Shown here in pieces: positions 51,418 through 64,000 of a stretch of 64,000 nt of DNA. Location: the NCBI RefSeq assembly GCF_028641065.1, contig NC_073413.1, positions 5,952,001 through 6,016,000 of the forward strand, read 5' to 3'. The notes below the pieces were generated by a model. It did no database searches. It was not told where the DNA came from and saw only the letters and a program-made list of their open reading frames with translations. Source of the stretch: Leucoraja erinacea (taxonomy: Eukaryota). The number at the start of each line of letters is the position of its first letter. The stretch's first letter is position 1. Made by a program: the position numbers and the translations under genes.

Positions 51418-52960
51418 ATGGCTGAGCAACTTCATAGCATCAACCTCCAGAATTTCAGCAGGTCCCTTCTGGAGACGCTGAACTCGCAGCGCCTGGGTGG
51501 TCATTTCTGCGATGTAACCGTACGTATCCATAACACAGCTCTCCGAGCCCACCGCTGTGTCTTGGCTGCAGCTAGCCCCTTTTTCCACGATAAACTCTTG
51601 TTGGGCTACAGCGAGATTGAGGTCCCACCTCTGGTCTCAGCCCAGACTCTGCGACGACTAGTGGATTTTATGTATAGTGGCTCACTGATGGTCTCTCATG
51701 TGGAGGCTTTGCAGATCCTCACGGCAGCGAGTGTCCTTCAGATTAAAACCATAATCGACGAGTGCACACGGATCATTTCACAAAATGCCCTACAAAAGGC
51801 TCAGGGGGACCAACAAAAGATGGACCTCTCCGATGAGAAGGAAGCAGTTCTTTGCCAGAACACTGGCGACCAGATCCACAAGTTTCCCATGGGTTTTATT
51901 GAAACAGCATTGTCACCCCACACTGCTGAGAGAGAGTTTGACTTTGTACAGGGAGGTTCAAAGAACACAGCCACAGGTGATGGTGGGTACAAGGCAGAAG
52001 AAATGGTCCCCATTCTGTGCAGGCAACAAACATTAGCACGTCAGAAGGGAGTTGGAGAGCAGGCCATAACCGACCAGGAGAACCTGACTCTAATGGAGAC
52101 TGGCCGCAATAATGAGGTGCGTGGAATCTGGTACAATACTGCAGCCAACCAGCGGCCCGAGATGGGGCTTTTGTCACAGGGCAGTCACAGCCGCAAGCAA
52201 CGGCAGCCAATCAGACTTCAAATGGCTGACGGAAGTCAAGTGACCATCAAAGAAGAAGACGATGATCTCCTTTACTGTGGGGAGAGCATCGCTGTCCGAA
52301 CCGTCTCCAACCAAATCGCACAGCAAAGCAACCAAGATGAACAGACCGAGGAAATCACTGAGGCGAATGCGTTTAACCCCAACCAGAGTGCAATGGAGGA
52401 CCGACGAGACTCTGCTGGTCATCTGAGTTTGAGCAGCAAAGGAGATGAGATGGAATTTTTCAATGCCAGTGATCTCTTACCAGAAGAACTGAAGTCCTTT
52501 TGGCAAGGAGAGAAGGAGGAGAAGGACACTGCCGTACAGCAAAATCGCAAAGCGGACTGCAAGTCGCAGCTTGATGCTTCTTTTCCGCGGCCTTCAACAT
52601 TCATGCAAGACTTTCTCCCAGGATCGACCATGCAATCCAACCTACGTAACCAGGGCTGTTCTGCACAATATGATGTTGAAGAAGACCCCACTGGAGCCGG
52701 CGCAACTACTCACCGCAGCCTTTACCAAATGGGCCTTCCTCAGTCCCATCATCTCCCACCATTGGCCTCCACCTCTCAGACGTGTGTGTCCAGCATTCCG
52801 GCACAGCCCTCGTGCCAGAATGCCCCGTTATTCCCAGATGGAAGCCAGGCAGTTCCAGCGAATCCCGGTGATGCCGAAAGGAAACCCTACGGATGCACGC
52901 AGTGTGGGAAAACCTTCAGCTCCAGACAGAACTATGCCAAGCACATGTTTGTCCACACCG
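51418..52960 (+). CDS. ZBTB45: ZBTB45 coding exon 1 (BTB/POZ domain, linker, zinc finger 1)
   Basis: Acceptor TTTGCAG| at 51388-51389 and ATG at 51418. MAEQLHSINLQNFSRSLLETLNSQRLGGHFCDVTVRI.. and RKQRQPIRLQ match ZBTB45; C2H2 YGCTQCGKTFSSRQNYAKHMFVH; donor G|GTAGGT. Confidence 0.92.
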
Positions 52961-54085
52961 GTAGGTTCAACATTGTTGTTCTCTTTTATTAAATGCAATC
53001 TTTCAGGTTCTTTTTTTAATAACATTTTTATAATACAAACAGAAGCCATTTTGCCAATTCCTTTGTTGAATAAGAATCAGTCCTATATCTCCCCTCTTAC
53101 CCTAGAGCACTGCAATTTATTACCTCCCCAAAAGTATATCTCCCTCTCAAAAATTCCTGATTACCTCCATTTACACCCTCCTTAAAGATTGTGTTCAAAA
53201 TCATAATCACTGTATTTTTAGAGAGAAAACAATGCCTTTGCATCATCTGGAATTTGCCCTATTACTTTGAGTTCTGTCCTCGCACTCACCCAATCATCTA
53301 CTAATCATCAACACCGTTGAAAGCATTAACGGGCACGGTTCCTTACAATGCCGTGTACGATAGTGATCGCAACTTCTACTGAAGTGTGGATGGCCGTTGG
53401 CTCGCCAGGAGCTCATCTGCCCTTTGACAGGTCTTGTTTTTGGTCCTGCTGGAGGTCCACAGCCCCCTTGGAGTGTGACATTCTATTGTATAAGTCCACT
53501 TGGCATTGATCTATTTTCTTCATGAGCCCAGGCTATGCTGCAGCTAACATCTCTGTGTAATAAAGACTAAAATGTGAGTTGGGTTGGAAACCTTATTCCT
53601 GTGTGCATCTGCTCTTCTTGGTCAGTGGTCTGTGAGGAGATGAGGTAATTTGAGTGGTTCTGAGGAATCGCTCACCCCATATGTTTTCTATGCATTAAGT
53701 ATCTGGTTCCCAAATTGAGTTGGTGGATATCTACCAAAGGTAGCTGGCTCTGTAAGGTTCACTACTACTGCGCTGTAATGTAAGGGTTCTGGGTAATGTG
53801 TGCCTGTTACAGATGGCAATAAATAACATAGGGCTGGAACCGGACATGAAGAGATAACTGTCGGCGTTAGTGGACAGGATTAATGATTAAGGAGTAATGT
53901 GACTTGCCACAAATGGGTTATAGCAAGCACTACACATGGTCTGGGGATGAGTCAGAGTCCACCTTGGCAGTGTGCTCCTGTTCTCAGTACAATGAAACCA
54001 TTCATTGCTGCATTGTCGGTTGGAAAGCAGAGGATACTTGATATTTGAATGAATGGAAGCACAGACGGAAATGTGTGAGGAGTTA

Positions 54086-54177
54086 GACACAAAGTGGTGG
54101 AATAACTCAGCGAGTCAGGCAGCATCTCTGGAGTAAAGGAACAGGTGACTTTTCAAGTCGAGACCCTTCTTCAGACT
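54086..54177 (-). mobile_element. Penelope-type repeat with partly mutated hammerhead core (54147-54174)
   Basis: Minus strand CTGAAGAAGGGTCTCGACTTGAAAAGTC plus family sequence. Confidence 0.7.
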
Positions 54178-54744
54178 GGAGTTCCTCGGTCTCAGATTGA
54201 GGAAAAGACTCGTGAGCAATAGTGGGAAAATAACTAGTACATCTTGATAGTGCCTGTCACAGCACTATCAACAAGAAAATTGCCATCAAAATAGAACAAT
54301 GGGAGTAAAGTACTTTGGTAGAGTTGGCACGGACATGATAGGAGCTGAATGCCCTGCTTCAGTGCTGAAGCCATTGTACAGCTCAATCAATATTTTGAAA
54401 AGTCCTCTTCTCCCCTCGACCATCAGGCAAAAGGTATAGAAGTGTGAAAACGCAGTTTCTTCCCAGCTGTTATCAGGCAACTGAATCATCCGAGCACAAC
54501 TAGAAAGCAGTCCTGAACGGCCCTATCATGTCCGCGCCAACTCTACCAGAGCCAGTTCCACTTCTCCCCATACCTCCGAGTTCTTTGAAGGATAAATATT
54601 GGAGAAAGCACCATGCTCTTCAAGCTGGTTCTATGAGAGCTTTTGCAGTCCTCTCGATGAGCATATTGAGCCTCAGCATAACATTTTGTTTTATAGATAC
54701 CATCTTCTGCTCCGTCAGAATTGCACTGGAGTGTTAGCCAACGA

Positions 54745-54866
54745 CATGGGGAGAAGCCAGGGACACGGGTTATTGATTGGGGACGATCAGCCATGATCAC
54801 AATGAATGGCGGTGCTGGCTCGAAGGGCCGAATGGCCTCCTCCGGCACCTATTTTCTATGTTTCTA
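54745..54866 (+). mobile_element. CR1/HER1-like LINE 3' tail
   Basis: 'gatcagccatgatcacaatgaatggcggtgctggctcgaagggccgaatggcctcctccggcacctattttctatgtttct' is shared with ~63680-63756. Confidence 0.8.
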
Positions 54867-55553
54867 GGTGTGGGAATTGAATCCCTGACCTTTTGACTCA
54901 AGTGAGAGAACTAACCATTGGATGATGTAAAGAGAATGTGCAGCAGCCAGAATGCAACTGAATGTGCACATAGAATAATGTATTCCTGGAAATAATCAAA
55001 TTCATTTCTGCAAATATTAGAAGGCATCACACCCTTTAATTCAGTTGTCCACATTTGTGGCACTTACCTCGTTGACTGGTAAGTGAACTACCTATGTTTG
55101 CTTCTTGGCAGGTCTTGCCTAGTACTAATTGTGTACATTCTTAGTATCTTCCCTCTCCTCTTTTGAAGATGTTTTGTCTCATTGGAATCCATAAAGTCAG
55201 CACTGTCTATTCAGTCGAGTCACTACTCTATGCTGAAGTTCGGTGTTTAACTACTAAATATCTCTCAGCTGACTTAAAATGATGGCCACATTCCCACTGA
55301 GGTGAAGGGCAGTGGTCAGGAGCAGGGTCTGTCTGGCTCTCACTCTCTCCCTTGCTCTGGAGTTAATAATATCGCTTGCAAGCCTTGGGTTCAGGCTACG
55401 AAGGGTTGTGTAAACATGTGTGCAGAATGCTCCTTTTATCACACCAGTTTTCCACTGATTTGCTGCTTACTGAATGGTTTTAATCACTGTTCATTTTGTG
55501 CAGTTGAAGTCTCTGATTTACTGATGTCTTTCCTCTCCCCACCTCCTCCGCAG

Positions 55554-55810
55554 GTGAGAAGCCTCATCAGTGCAGCGTGTGCTGGCGTTCGTTCTCGCTC
55601 AGGGACTACTTGATAAAGCACATGGTGACGCACACAGGCGTGCGAGCGTACCAGTGTCCTGTGTGCAATAAACGCTTTACCCAAAAGAGCTCCCTTAACG
55701 TGCACATGCGGCTCCACCGTGGCGAGAAGGCCTTCGAGTGCCACGTGTGTAACAAGCGATTCTCGCACAAGACTCTGCTGGAGAGGCATATGGCCACACA
55801 CGTCGTATAA
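55554..55810 (+). CDS. ZBTB45: ZBTB45 coding exon 2 (zinc fingers 2-4, stop); spliced CDS 1800 nt, 599 aa
   Basis: Acceptor CCTCCTCCGCAG|; [85 protein letters not shown]. Four fingers in total with a stop directly after finger 4, as in ZBTB45 (ZBTB20 has a fifth). Confidence 0.93.
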
Positions 55811-57943
55811 ACTGCCGGTGCACTGAGCCCGAGCCGTACAAGCCCCACACCAGTTCTGCCTGGGGAAGATCGACGTACTCTGCAAACCCAAGCCCCCCCA
55901 CGCACCAACGAGTGTTTAGCCAGGAATATGAACCAGCTTTTGAGTGAACACAATGTGCGGTAGAGGTAGCCACCATAAAGGTGGGAACAGCTTAACCTTC
56001 CTCCGTTTTCCATGCCCCACCGCTGAACTTCCTCCAAACCCTGCAAGTAGTTGTCAAACTCGGCTCGGAGTGGCTGCATCAGCCTGGATCACACTCTGGC
56101 ACCCCAGAGCAGGAAAGACCCGGCTCCTGGGTCTCTGTTCAGGTAACTAATCTGAGCCACCGTCCACATCCACCGGTCAGAAAGAGGAACATCCAGCAGC
56201 GTGCACTAGCCATTAGTAGATGTTCTGATGAGATTGCCTTGGCCGTGATGGCCCAGAACAGTTAATAGAAATAGTCACTTCTTTTTTCGTGTGGCGTGCA
56301 CAGCCTAAAGTTGTTGGACAACTTGTTCTATTTGATCTTCCGTTTGTGCACGTCGAGTTGATTGCATTAGTCGAAACAGGGCGGACCACGTGAAGGTTGC
56401 AATCTTCCGCCCCAGAAATAGTCACTAAAAAAGGCTATTCAACCCATCATCTCCTATACAGAGGGATAAAGGGCTACCCAGCTGATTTGTGTATCACAGA
56501 ACATTGCCCCGGAGTTCTGTATTATTACAATACAAAAGCATATTGCCTTTATATAGTGCCTTCATTGGAGCAAAATATCCTAGGGTGTCTCACAGGAGTG
56601 TTTTTAAACAAAAACTGAAACCTTAGCCACATACGCAAATTTTGCTACAAATGACCAAAGGCTTGGTCAACAAAGCATCGTAAAGGAGGAGAGAGAAGCC
56701 AAAAAATGATTTAGGTCAAGTCAAGTCAAGTTTATTTGTCACATACACATACGAGATGTGCATATTCCAGAGCTTAAGGCCTTGGCAGCTGAAGTCATAG
56801 TTACTGGAAGAGGAGCAATTAAATATAGGGATGATCAGAGGGACAGGACTGGCGGAGCAGAGAAATCTCTTGAGGGAATGGGATTTAAAAGGAATGAAAA
56901 CCGTGGGATTTTTAAACCAGAAGTTAATTTTAAATGAGACGTTGCTTAACTGGGACCCAACGTGGGTCAGCAAGCATAGAGATGAGTGTGAATTGAGTCG
57001 GTGTGAGTTAGGGCCCAGTTTTACATGGAAGGCCAGCCAGGAGAATCAAGTGACACGGCTAGAACTTCCACAGCTGAGACTGACAGTGTCCGAATGCTCA
57101 GCCAACTGCTATTTATTACTCCGGCATTTTGTGTCTATCTTTGCTATTTAAATGCAGTGAATTCACTACCATCTGCAATTATTTTTAATCCTTCAGCCTA
57201 TTCCTGTATTTTCTATTCCCCTTCTTACCACTCTGTTAAAGGGTGTGGTGGGTTCTCATTATCCAACATATTTTGGTCTTTCGCTGTTTTATTTCCGTCA
57301 ATTCTCCATTTGGCCTCCCCTTTTCCAAAGTGAACTAACCCAATTTAGTCGCACTTGCCTCATAATCATAATTTTTTCAGCTCTTATAATATCCTCATAA
57401 TATCCTCTCCAGCCTCTCGTTCTTTTGTGTGGTGACAATATCTGTACAAATACCCCTGCTGTGGCCTAAACATAGACCTTTCTGGCTCTTATATTCTTTG
57501 GCTCAGCCAATAAAGGAAAAGATTCTGGATTCCAGACACAATAGTGGATGAGTTAACAACCCATGTTTTTTCTCTGCCCACCTTGAATGAAGAATCCCAA
57601 TTGAATAATATATCCAAGGTCGTGTGGGGGTAAACTAACTAGCATAGTATCTTCGACATATAGTGCATTGAAATGATTAGTCGCAACCCCTTTGAAAATA
57701 ATCTAATTAATGATATTGTTTAAATTTGATACACTCTCATTGATCCGTTTTTCATCAGCCGACTAATCATATGTTTTGTTAAAGATGCAAAAGGGACTCA
57801 GTCTGCAATTTCCAGCCTCCTCCAGGCTTGATTTGCGATGGATTTTATTATTCAGCTGATAATTGGACAACCAGCTGCTTTAGCTATGCAGATCCTAATA
57901 TTTTTAACTACTGTCTGAAGTATTTCAGAATTATTTCAAACTT

Positions 57944-57949
57944 AATAAA
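57944..57949 (+). terminator. Candidate ZBTB45 polyadenylation signal (alternatives at ~57509 and 62932/62944)
   Basis: AATAAA followed by T/G-rich sequence; it cannot be distinguished from the other AATAAA hexamers without RNA data. Confidence 0.3.
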
Positions 57950-60549
57950 ATGTGCTTGGATATAATTGCTGTATGCATGAAATCCAGGCTGGTAGCTTGA
58001 CATGTCTCCATCCTCACACATGTCATATTTTTATAAAGCTGCTGTAATAATTACTTGTCTTGCCTGTGCCTGATGGTAGTACCACAGTGGTTACACTGTG
58101 TCAGGATACCTTCCCTCCCCAAACTCCATCACCCACCACTGTTCCAGATGATCTTTCAGTGTAAGTGGAGCTTCATTCAATGATATGCCCTCCTTATTCT
58201 GCCTTCATCCTCAGATAATCCTAGTCCCCTATCATGATAATTGAATGTTGAAGCCAGGGCAGCCCAAAGGGATTCTCTGTCCTTTCCCCCAGGATCAGCC
58301 ATTATGTCGGCTGAGACTGGCAGTATTTCCTACCTGGGGCCACAGGAAGATGCAGACATTGTATATTGGGATGAAGCTGGTTTGAGAAAGCCAAGAATTT
58401 TCTTTATATTTTATTTATAGATCATGAATATATATTTATCACAGCTTCTTTGTAGCTTCAGACAAACCGGCAATATTGATCAGACAAGGGTTTCCAGGAG
58501 TTTGTAGGCTGCGATAGATTAGCTGACCTTGTGCAGACTGATATTGCTCATTTTGGCATCCTGATTGCGATGAAAGTCAAACAGTGTTCTGCTGCAGATT
58601 AATTATCAGGGACCCAGTCTAAAAGCAATGTGATGGCAAGCTAGGATCACCTCTATTCCCATCCTATTGCAATTAAGCAGCTTGTCACGGTTCAAACACA
58701 TGAGTGTGCTATCTACTAAGCTGAGTGTCATAAATTGACCTTGTGGCAAGAATTAGGACAATTTCATCCCATTGTAGAGAATTTAAAATTGTACCTACTT
58801 GGTTTTCAGTGGTGGGGGGGGGGGGGGGGGGGGGGATAAATCTTTGCCTATGTTGGTTGCATAGTATGCTGAAGTTATCTTTAAATTATAGTTGGATCCA
58901 GCTACTGGAGCAAGCCACAACATTGCAAGCTACCACCCTGGTTTCCAGCTTCCCTCCAGTAGAAACAGAGTGTCCATGAGATTGCTGATGAGATATGGAG
59001 CCCAGCAAAATTTAGCAAAACACAAAATGTTGGAGTAACTCGACAAGTCAGGCAGCATTTGTGGAGGGAGTGAATAGTGATGTTTCGGATCGGGACATTG
59101 ATTGTAGTAAGGGGGAGAGAGAGGTGGGGAGGGAGGGGGGGGGGGGCAAGTCAAGTTATAGGTGGATACAGGTGAGGGGGTGTTATTTAATGTATAACTG
59201 ACTTTCCTTTTACTGCTTTAGCTAGTGATGATCTTGATCTATGGGACTACATGCCTTTTTGCCAGATTTGGCATACCGTGTAGGATGGCTGGCCAGAATC
59301 CTGTGTAGAGCTTGATGTCTGATCTAGTGTCACCTGACGATCCTGGAACAGTGGCTGCCCTCTGTGGAGTCACTACTGATCCCTGTCAAGTGCTAACTGT
59401 TGATTAAAAAATGATTAGTTCAATAGTGGGGTGGAACAATTGCCCGTGTGCTCTGGAAGCCAAATTCTATTAAGAGATGAATACTCTGTGTAGGACTCTT
59501 TAGGATCAGGCAGTGCTGTGAAATAAAAAATACCCTGCCTGTTTCTAATCATTCGTCAAAAGGATCCAAAATACTGTCAAGAACACTGCTATCATGTTTC
59601 ATATTTTCAGCTATACAAGCCTGTATACTTGGAGCGCATCTTATCGCCAAGCAATGTATTGCTGCAGGAGTTCTCGGGAGGAAATCCTCCAGAGATCTGT
59701 TTAATAGCTTCACTACTAATGCTGCCTTGCCCTATTTGTTAGCAGTCTGTGCATCATTTTGTTGGTCCGTCTGAGATTCTCGGATCCTGAATCCAGAATG
59801 TGATCCCGCCACAGATATTGTACCAACTTCCTCCTCTGTCTCAATTGGTGAATGCGCCTCTAGCTTTAGAAATAATCCAATGGCAGGGTTTATTGATGTT
59901 CATTGTTGGGCTATCTACTCTGAATCTCCATCCATTGATCAATATGCTGGTGTCAGTAAGGCTGGGGTTGGGTAAGGAGTGAGCACAGCCCTCGTGGGCT
60001 ATTCATTCACAAACTGGAAAAGAAAGTAATAGTCTTTCCCAGTCCACCTGCTCAGAACTGAGCAAACCTGCCTCTTGACAAGGCGGTTTTGGATTGAGCT
60101 TGATTCTAAACTCAGAAGAGAATTAATTGAGGGTTACTGGACTGCCCCAGCTACATTTTCTCCCTTGTGTCATAACTGAACCTGATGCTAGCCTTCTAAT
60201 TAAACCAGTGGTGAATTAAGGAGTGGGTGCAATGAACTTTAACTTGGAAAGCATCCTCTGCCATTGTTTAATGAGAACTGCAACTCCCAATCTGAGATTG
60301 CAAGTCAAGTGTAGATCCTGGGATCTTACTCAGGCTTTGGAATGCTTCCAAACAAAGCTAGGTTGGGAAAAGGAGAATCCAAAGCAAGGATGAGACTCCA
60401 ATAAGGAGACCAGGTAGGAGGAGAAAGCGAGAAAGACTGCGGGGATAGGGTGAGGGTGTATTTGGGGTAGTTTTTGGCAGCTGTCAGTGATGGAACTGCC
60501 ATTAGAGTATGGGTTGACGGAGGTGAGATGGTTCAGAGATTCCTGATCC

Positions 60550-60690
60550 ACATCACTGCCCCAGGAATTCCCATTCCCGATCACTGCCCTGGAAGTTCAG
60601 CTCATGATCACTGCCTGGGGATCCCTAATCCTGTTCACTGCCCAGGGTTACCAACTCCTGATTACAGTACCCAGTCACTCTCTGGCACGG
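60550..60690. repeat. Degenerate ~27-bp tandem repeat (tcactgccc..gg..cc..tcctga)
   Basis: Four to five imperfect copies of 'tcactgccc'. Confidence 0.6.
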
Positions 60691-60789
60691 ATTCCTGATT
60701 AAAAATTATATGTGAGCATGTCAGTGTTCAGCTTTAAAATTTAAAACAGTAACATTTGCTGAGATAAACATCTGTATTTAAAAGGGACA

Positions 60790-60978
60790 GAGGGTACTGC
60801 CTCCGGGGAGAATCAACACTTCAGGGAGGCTCTGTACCTTTAGTTACTATACCACAGAGAGTTGGCACCTTCAAAAACTGTACCCCCAGGAGAGACAAAA
60901 ACTATCTCTCAGAGTCAACACCATTGGGACTGTACCCCAGAGAGTCAGGAACTGCACCTCAAGACTGTACCCCAAAGA
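60790..60978. repeat. Degenerate minisatellite (actgtacccc.agagagtca..ac)
   Basis: Recurrent 'ctgtaccc' and 'agagagt' units. Confidence 0.55.
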
Positions 60979-62264
60979 GGAATGTCTACATATTTGGGGA
61001 GGGAGAGGGGGGAAATACAAGTATCCAGCTGAACAAATGTTTTCATCGAGAGATGAAAAATTAACTTGTGGAGACTGACAGAGAATTAGTTTATATAAGC
61101 ATTGGCTTGTGAAGCAGTTATAGAGTGTGTGTGTGCGTGTGTGTTGATGATTTAAGTGCCTCAGTGCAAGGAATCCACTTGTGACAGCATGTGTGTAATA
61201 TTATTGTGGAACAAATGATTTTTTAGAGAACATTTTTACATAGGTTTGGATGTTTATAACTCGCAAAGAGGATTTTAAAATATTTAATGACGTGATCAAT
61301 TTTCTTTCTCAGAGTAATATGCAGCTGGCTCATTGTCATTTGCTTCTGCCTATGGACTATTGGTAGTAATGAGTGTGTGGATTTTTTAATGTGCAATAGC
61401 TTGTGGGGTGAAGCTGCCCATGTTAGGGATGGTCTTCAGTGCCTCTGGCTGGCTGGCCAGACATCTATCTTTTAAGTAAATTGCAACACTTGCTGGTGGT
61501 GTCAGTCTGCGAGTGGTGTATTGATCATGATGCCCATTCCTGACTAGATAGGTGTGGAATAGGAGCTCGAGGTTACGTTTTGCTTTGCTGCTGCTGAACT
61601 TCATCAAACAGCCCCAAGCCCTGGGAAGGCCACATCAAGCACTGAAGGAAGTGGGGAAATTAAAGTTTGACTGCGAAATACAACCTTATAAAATCTGACA
61701 CATCTCACAGGAGTTGTTGGGGAACCTACATGAATCTGACTGTCCGTGCAAGATGAGGAATGTGGTGATCCTGATCGGATTATTTATCTTTTTACACGGA
61801 GTACAAGAGCTAGAATTTGAATGGAGTTATTGTACATGCAAGCATATTCTGCAATGTTGTGTGTAATAAGTTTCCATTCCACAAACGACATGAACCCATG
61901 CAGTACAAGGTACATGAATGGAATGTTCTCCTGTTCAAGTGCACAACCCTTAAATAATTCTTAAGAAAATATTTAAAGATAGATGTTTGTTCCTGTCCAT
62001 GATTTTCAACGTGGTAGGATGTGATGTCTTAACACCAGGTTTATTTTGTGTATCCATACACATTAGTTTGGTTTATATCATTTTCATATACCAAGATACA
62101 GTGTAAAACATTGTTTTGTGTGCTAGCCAAGTAAAACATCTATACATGAATACAAATAACCATGAGAAATGTAGTGCTACAGATACAAAGTGCAACAAAA
62201 GAAGGGATTTAAGGGCTGTAAAAAGATAGATAGAGGGATTGGGAACACATCCTTAGTTAATGAG

Positions 62265-62620
62265 AGGTGCTTTCAAGACTCTGATAATAGCAGGGAAGAA
62301 GCTGTTCTTGAAACTGGTGGGACGTGCTTTCAGGCTTTTGTATCGTCTGCTCAAAGGGAGAAGAGGGAATGATTGGAGAGTGAGCAGTATGTGATTGTGT
62401 TGGCTGCATTCCCGAGACATTGTGAAGTGTTAATAGTCATTGGGGTGAGGCTGGTTTGCGTGATGCACTATGTTTGTCCACAACTCTGCAATTTCTTGTC
62501 TTGGGCAGACCAATTGCCAAACCAAGCTGTGATGCATACCGATAGGATGCTTTCTATGTGCATCTATAGAATATTGATGTGTCAAGTGAGAAAGAATGCT
62601 GAATTTCCTTAGTCATCTGA
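62265..62620 (-). mobile_element. Rex1/Babar-like LINE 3' fragment
   Basis: Minus translation includes FYRCT.ESILSVCITAWFGNWSAQDKKLQSC; homologous to 18340-18720. Confidence 0.7.
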
Positions 62621-63469
62621 GCATACTTTTCTTAATCTTCAGGACTCTCTGATCAATGCCCTCGTGTGAATCTTACAGGTGTAACGAGATTCTTTTCTCA
62701 GTTCAACTGTTTGCTTCAATTTGGCCAGAGTCCACATGTTGCATACTTAATCCTTTCTTCTTTATTGAAATAACTGAAGACTGATGTAACTGAAAACACT
62801 ACCAAATCTTTTAACTATTTGCTCCATTGCTGAACTTGAATTAACCAGTAATATCAATGTCACTTTAACAGAAAGTCAAGGCACTCTTGACATGAGCATT
62901 TTCATGTATGTGTAGCTGTTTTCTTAAACAAAATAAAGCAAAGAATAAAATGTGCAGTTAAAATGTTGTAAACGCAGACATGTTGAATGGATTCACAATG
63001 TGTGATATAACAAAGGACCTGGAGTTATTCAGGAAGAAATGATTAAGTGAGAGATGAATTTTAATGTTTACAGTAGCTTTGTATTTGATCTTGCACTAAA
63101 GCCCGACTCAAAATCCAAGTGGTTTATCGTCTGTATTTTGTTGAAAACTCACAGGATAACTGAGAGCTCATTCTTTGGAAGCAGATATTTAGCATTGTTG
63201 AGCCCCAGGGCAATCTGACCACATTCATCAAATCCATTTATCGTGGGAGATTGACACTACATATATGCACACAAGGAGTCTGGACGTTTTTCCATAACTA
63301 ATTCCAAGTGGTCACGATGCTGACACTGCTCATGGTCATTATGTGGCACCAAAGGTTGAATAAGTGATTCCCCCTGCCATTTTTTGTGTTCTACCTGCCC
63401 TTTTTACCATTGGAGTGTTTGAAGGGACATTATAGAGAAATCTTTACTCTGTAACCGACTCATCCTGCA

Positions 63470-63760
63470 ACTCCAGGGGCCACAGTTTAAGAATAAGGGG
63501 TAAGCCATTTAGAACAGAGACGAGGAAAAAAAAATTCTCACAGAGAGATGTGTTTCTGGAATTCTCTGCCTCAGAGGGCGGTGGAGGCAGGGGTTCTCTG
63601 GATGCTTTCAAGAGAGAGCTAGATAGGGCTCTGAAAGACAGCGGAGTCAGGGGAAGGCAGGACGGGGTACCGATTGGGGATGATCAGCCATGATCACATT
63701 GAATGGCGGTGCTGGCTCGAAGGGCCGAATGACCTACTCCTGTACCTATTGTCTATCGTC
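63470..63760 (+). mobile_element. CR1/HER1-like LINE 3' end
   Basis: 'aggggccacagtttaagaataaggggtaagccatttagaacagagacgaggaaaaa..tggaattctctgcctcagagggcggtggaggc..' plus the conserved tail. Confidence 0.85.
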
Positions 63761-64000
63761 CTGTGGGAGTGGTTTAGGCAGTACAGTAGAAGCTATACTC
63801 TGTACCTATCCCATGTTGTACCCCACTGTGGGGAAAAAATGAAAAGGGCAATTAAGTGAAATTACTTTACCGCTGATATAAAAACAGAAAATGCTAAATA
63901 CTCAGCAGGTCATGTAACATTTGTCAAAGGAGATTTAGTTAAAACAATTTTTCATCAGTAAATCCATTAACATTTCCAGTATTTTCTGTAATTGCAGCGG

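Noticed and set aside
60550-60978. Spaced short repeats superficially like a CRISPR array
   Set aside because: Eukaryotic context; degenerate tandem units without unique spacers or cas genes.

Overview
Vertebrate genomic DNA. The repeat content (HE1/V-SINE-like, HER1/CR1-like, Penelope-derived and Tc1 elements) points to a cartilaginous fish, probably a skate or ray; this is an inference. Three genes are visible. (1) An unidentified minus-strand gene has a CpG-island first coding exon at 39072-39248, and its long introns appear to fill roughly 1-39000. (2) A complete 4-coding-exon THAP7 lies on the minus strand (44660-47655, 356 aa). (3) A complete 2-coding-exon ZBTB45 lies on the plus strand (51418-55810, 599 aa). 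THAP7 and ZBTB45 are head-to-head around a small CpG island (about 49900-50400) with YY1, CCAAT, CRE and NRF1 motifs. Two ~2 kb purine/pyrimidine-skewed minisatellites (1-2088 and ~48000-49910) account for all the long Gly/Glu/Arg- or Pro-rich ORFs. Mobile DNA includes two decayed IR/DR Tc1 elements, a CGGBP1-like hAT element with an intact 8-bp TSD, Penelope-like RT remnants, and about 10 dispersed Penelope-type repeats with a minimal hammerhead-ribozyme core. One of these is in sense orientation in ZBTB45 intron 1 and two form a 130-bp inverted repeat. Repeat boundaries are approximate unless a TSD or splice site is cited.
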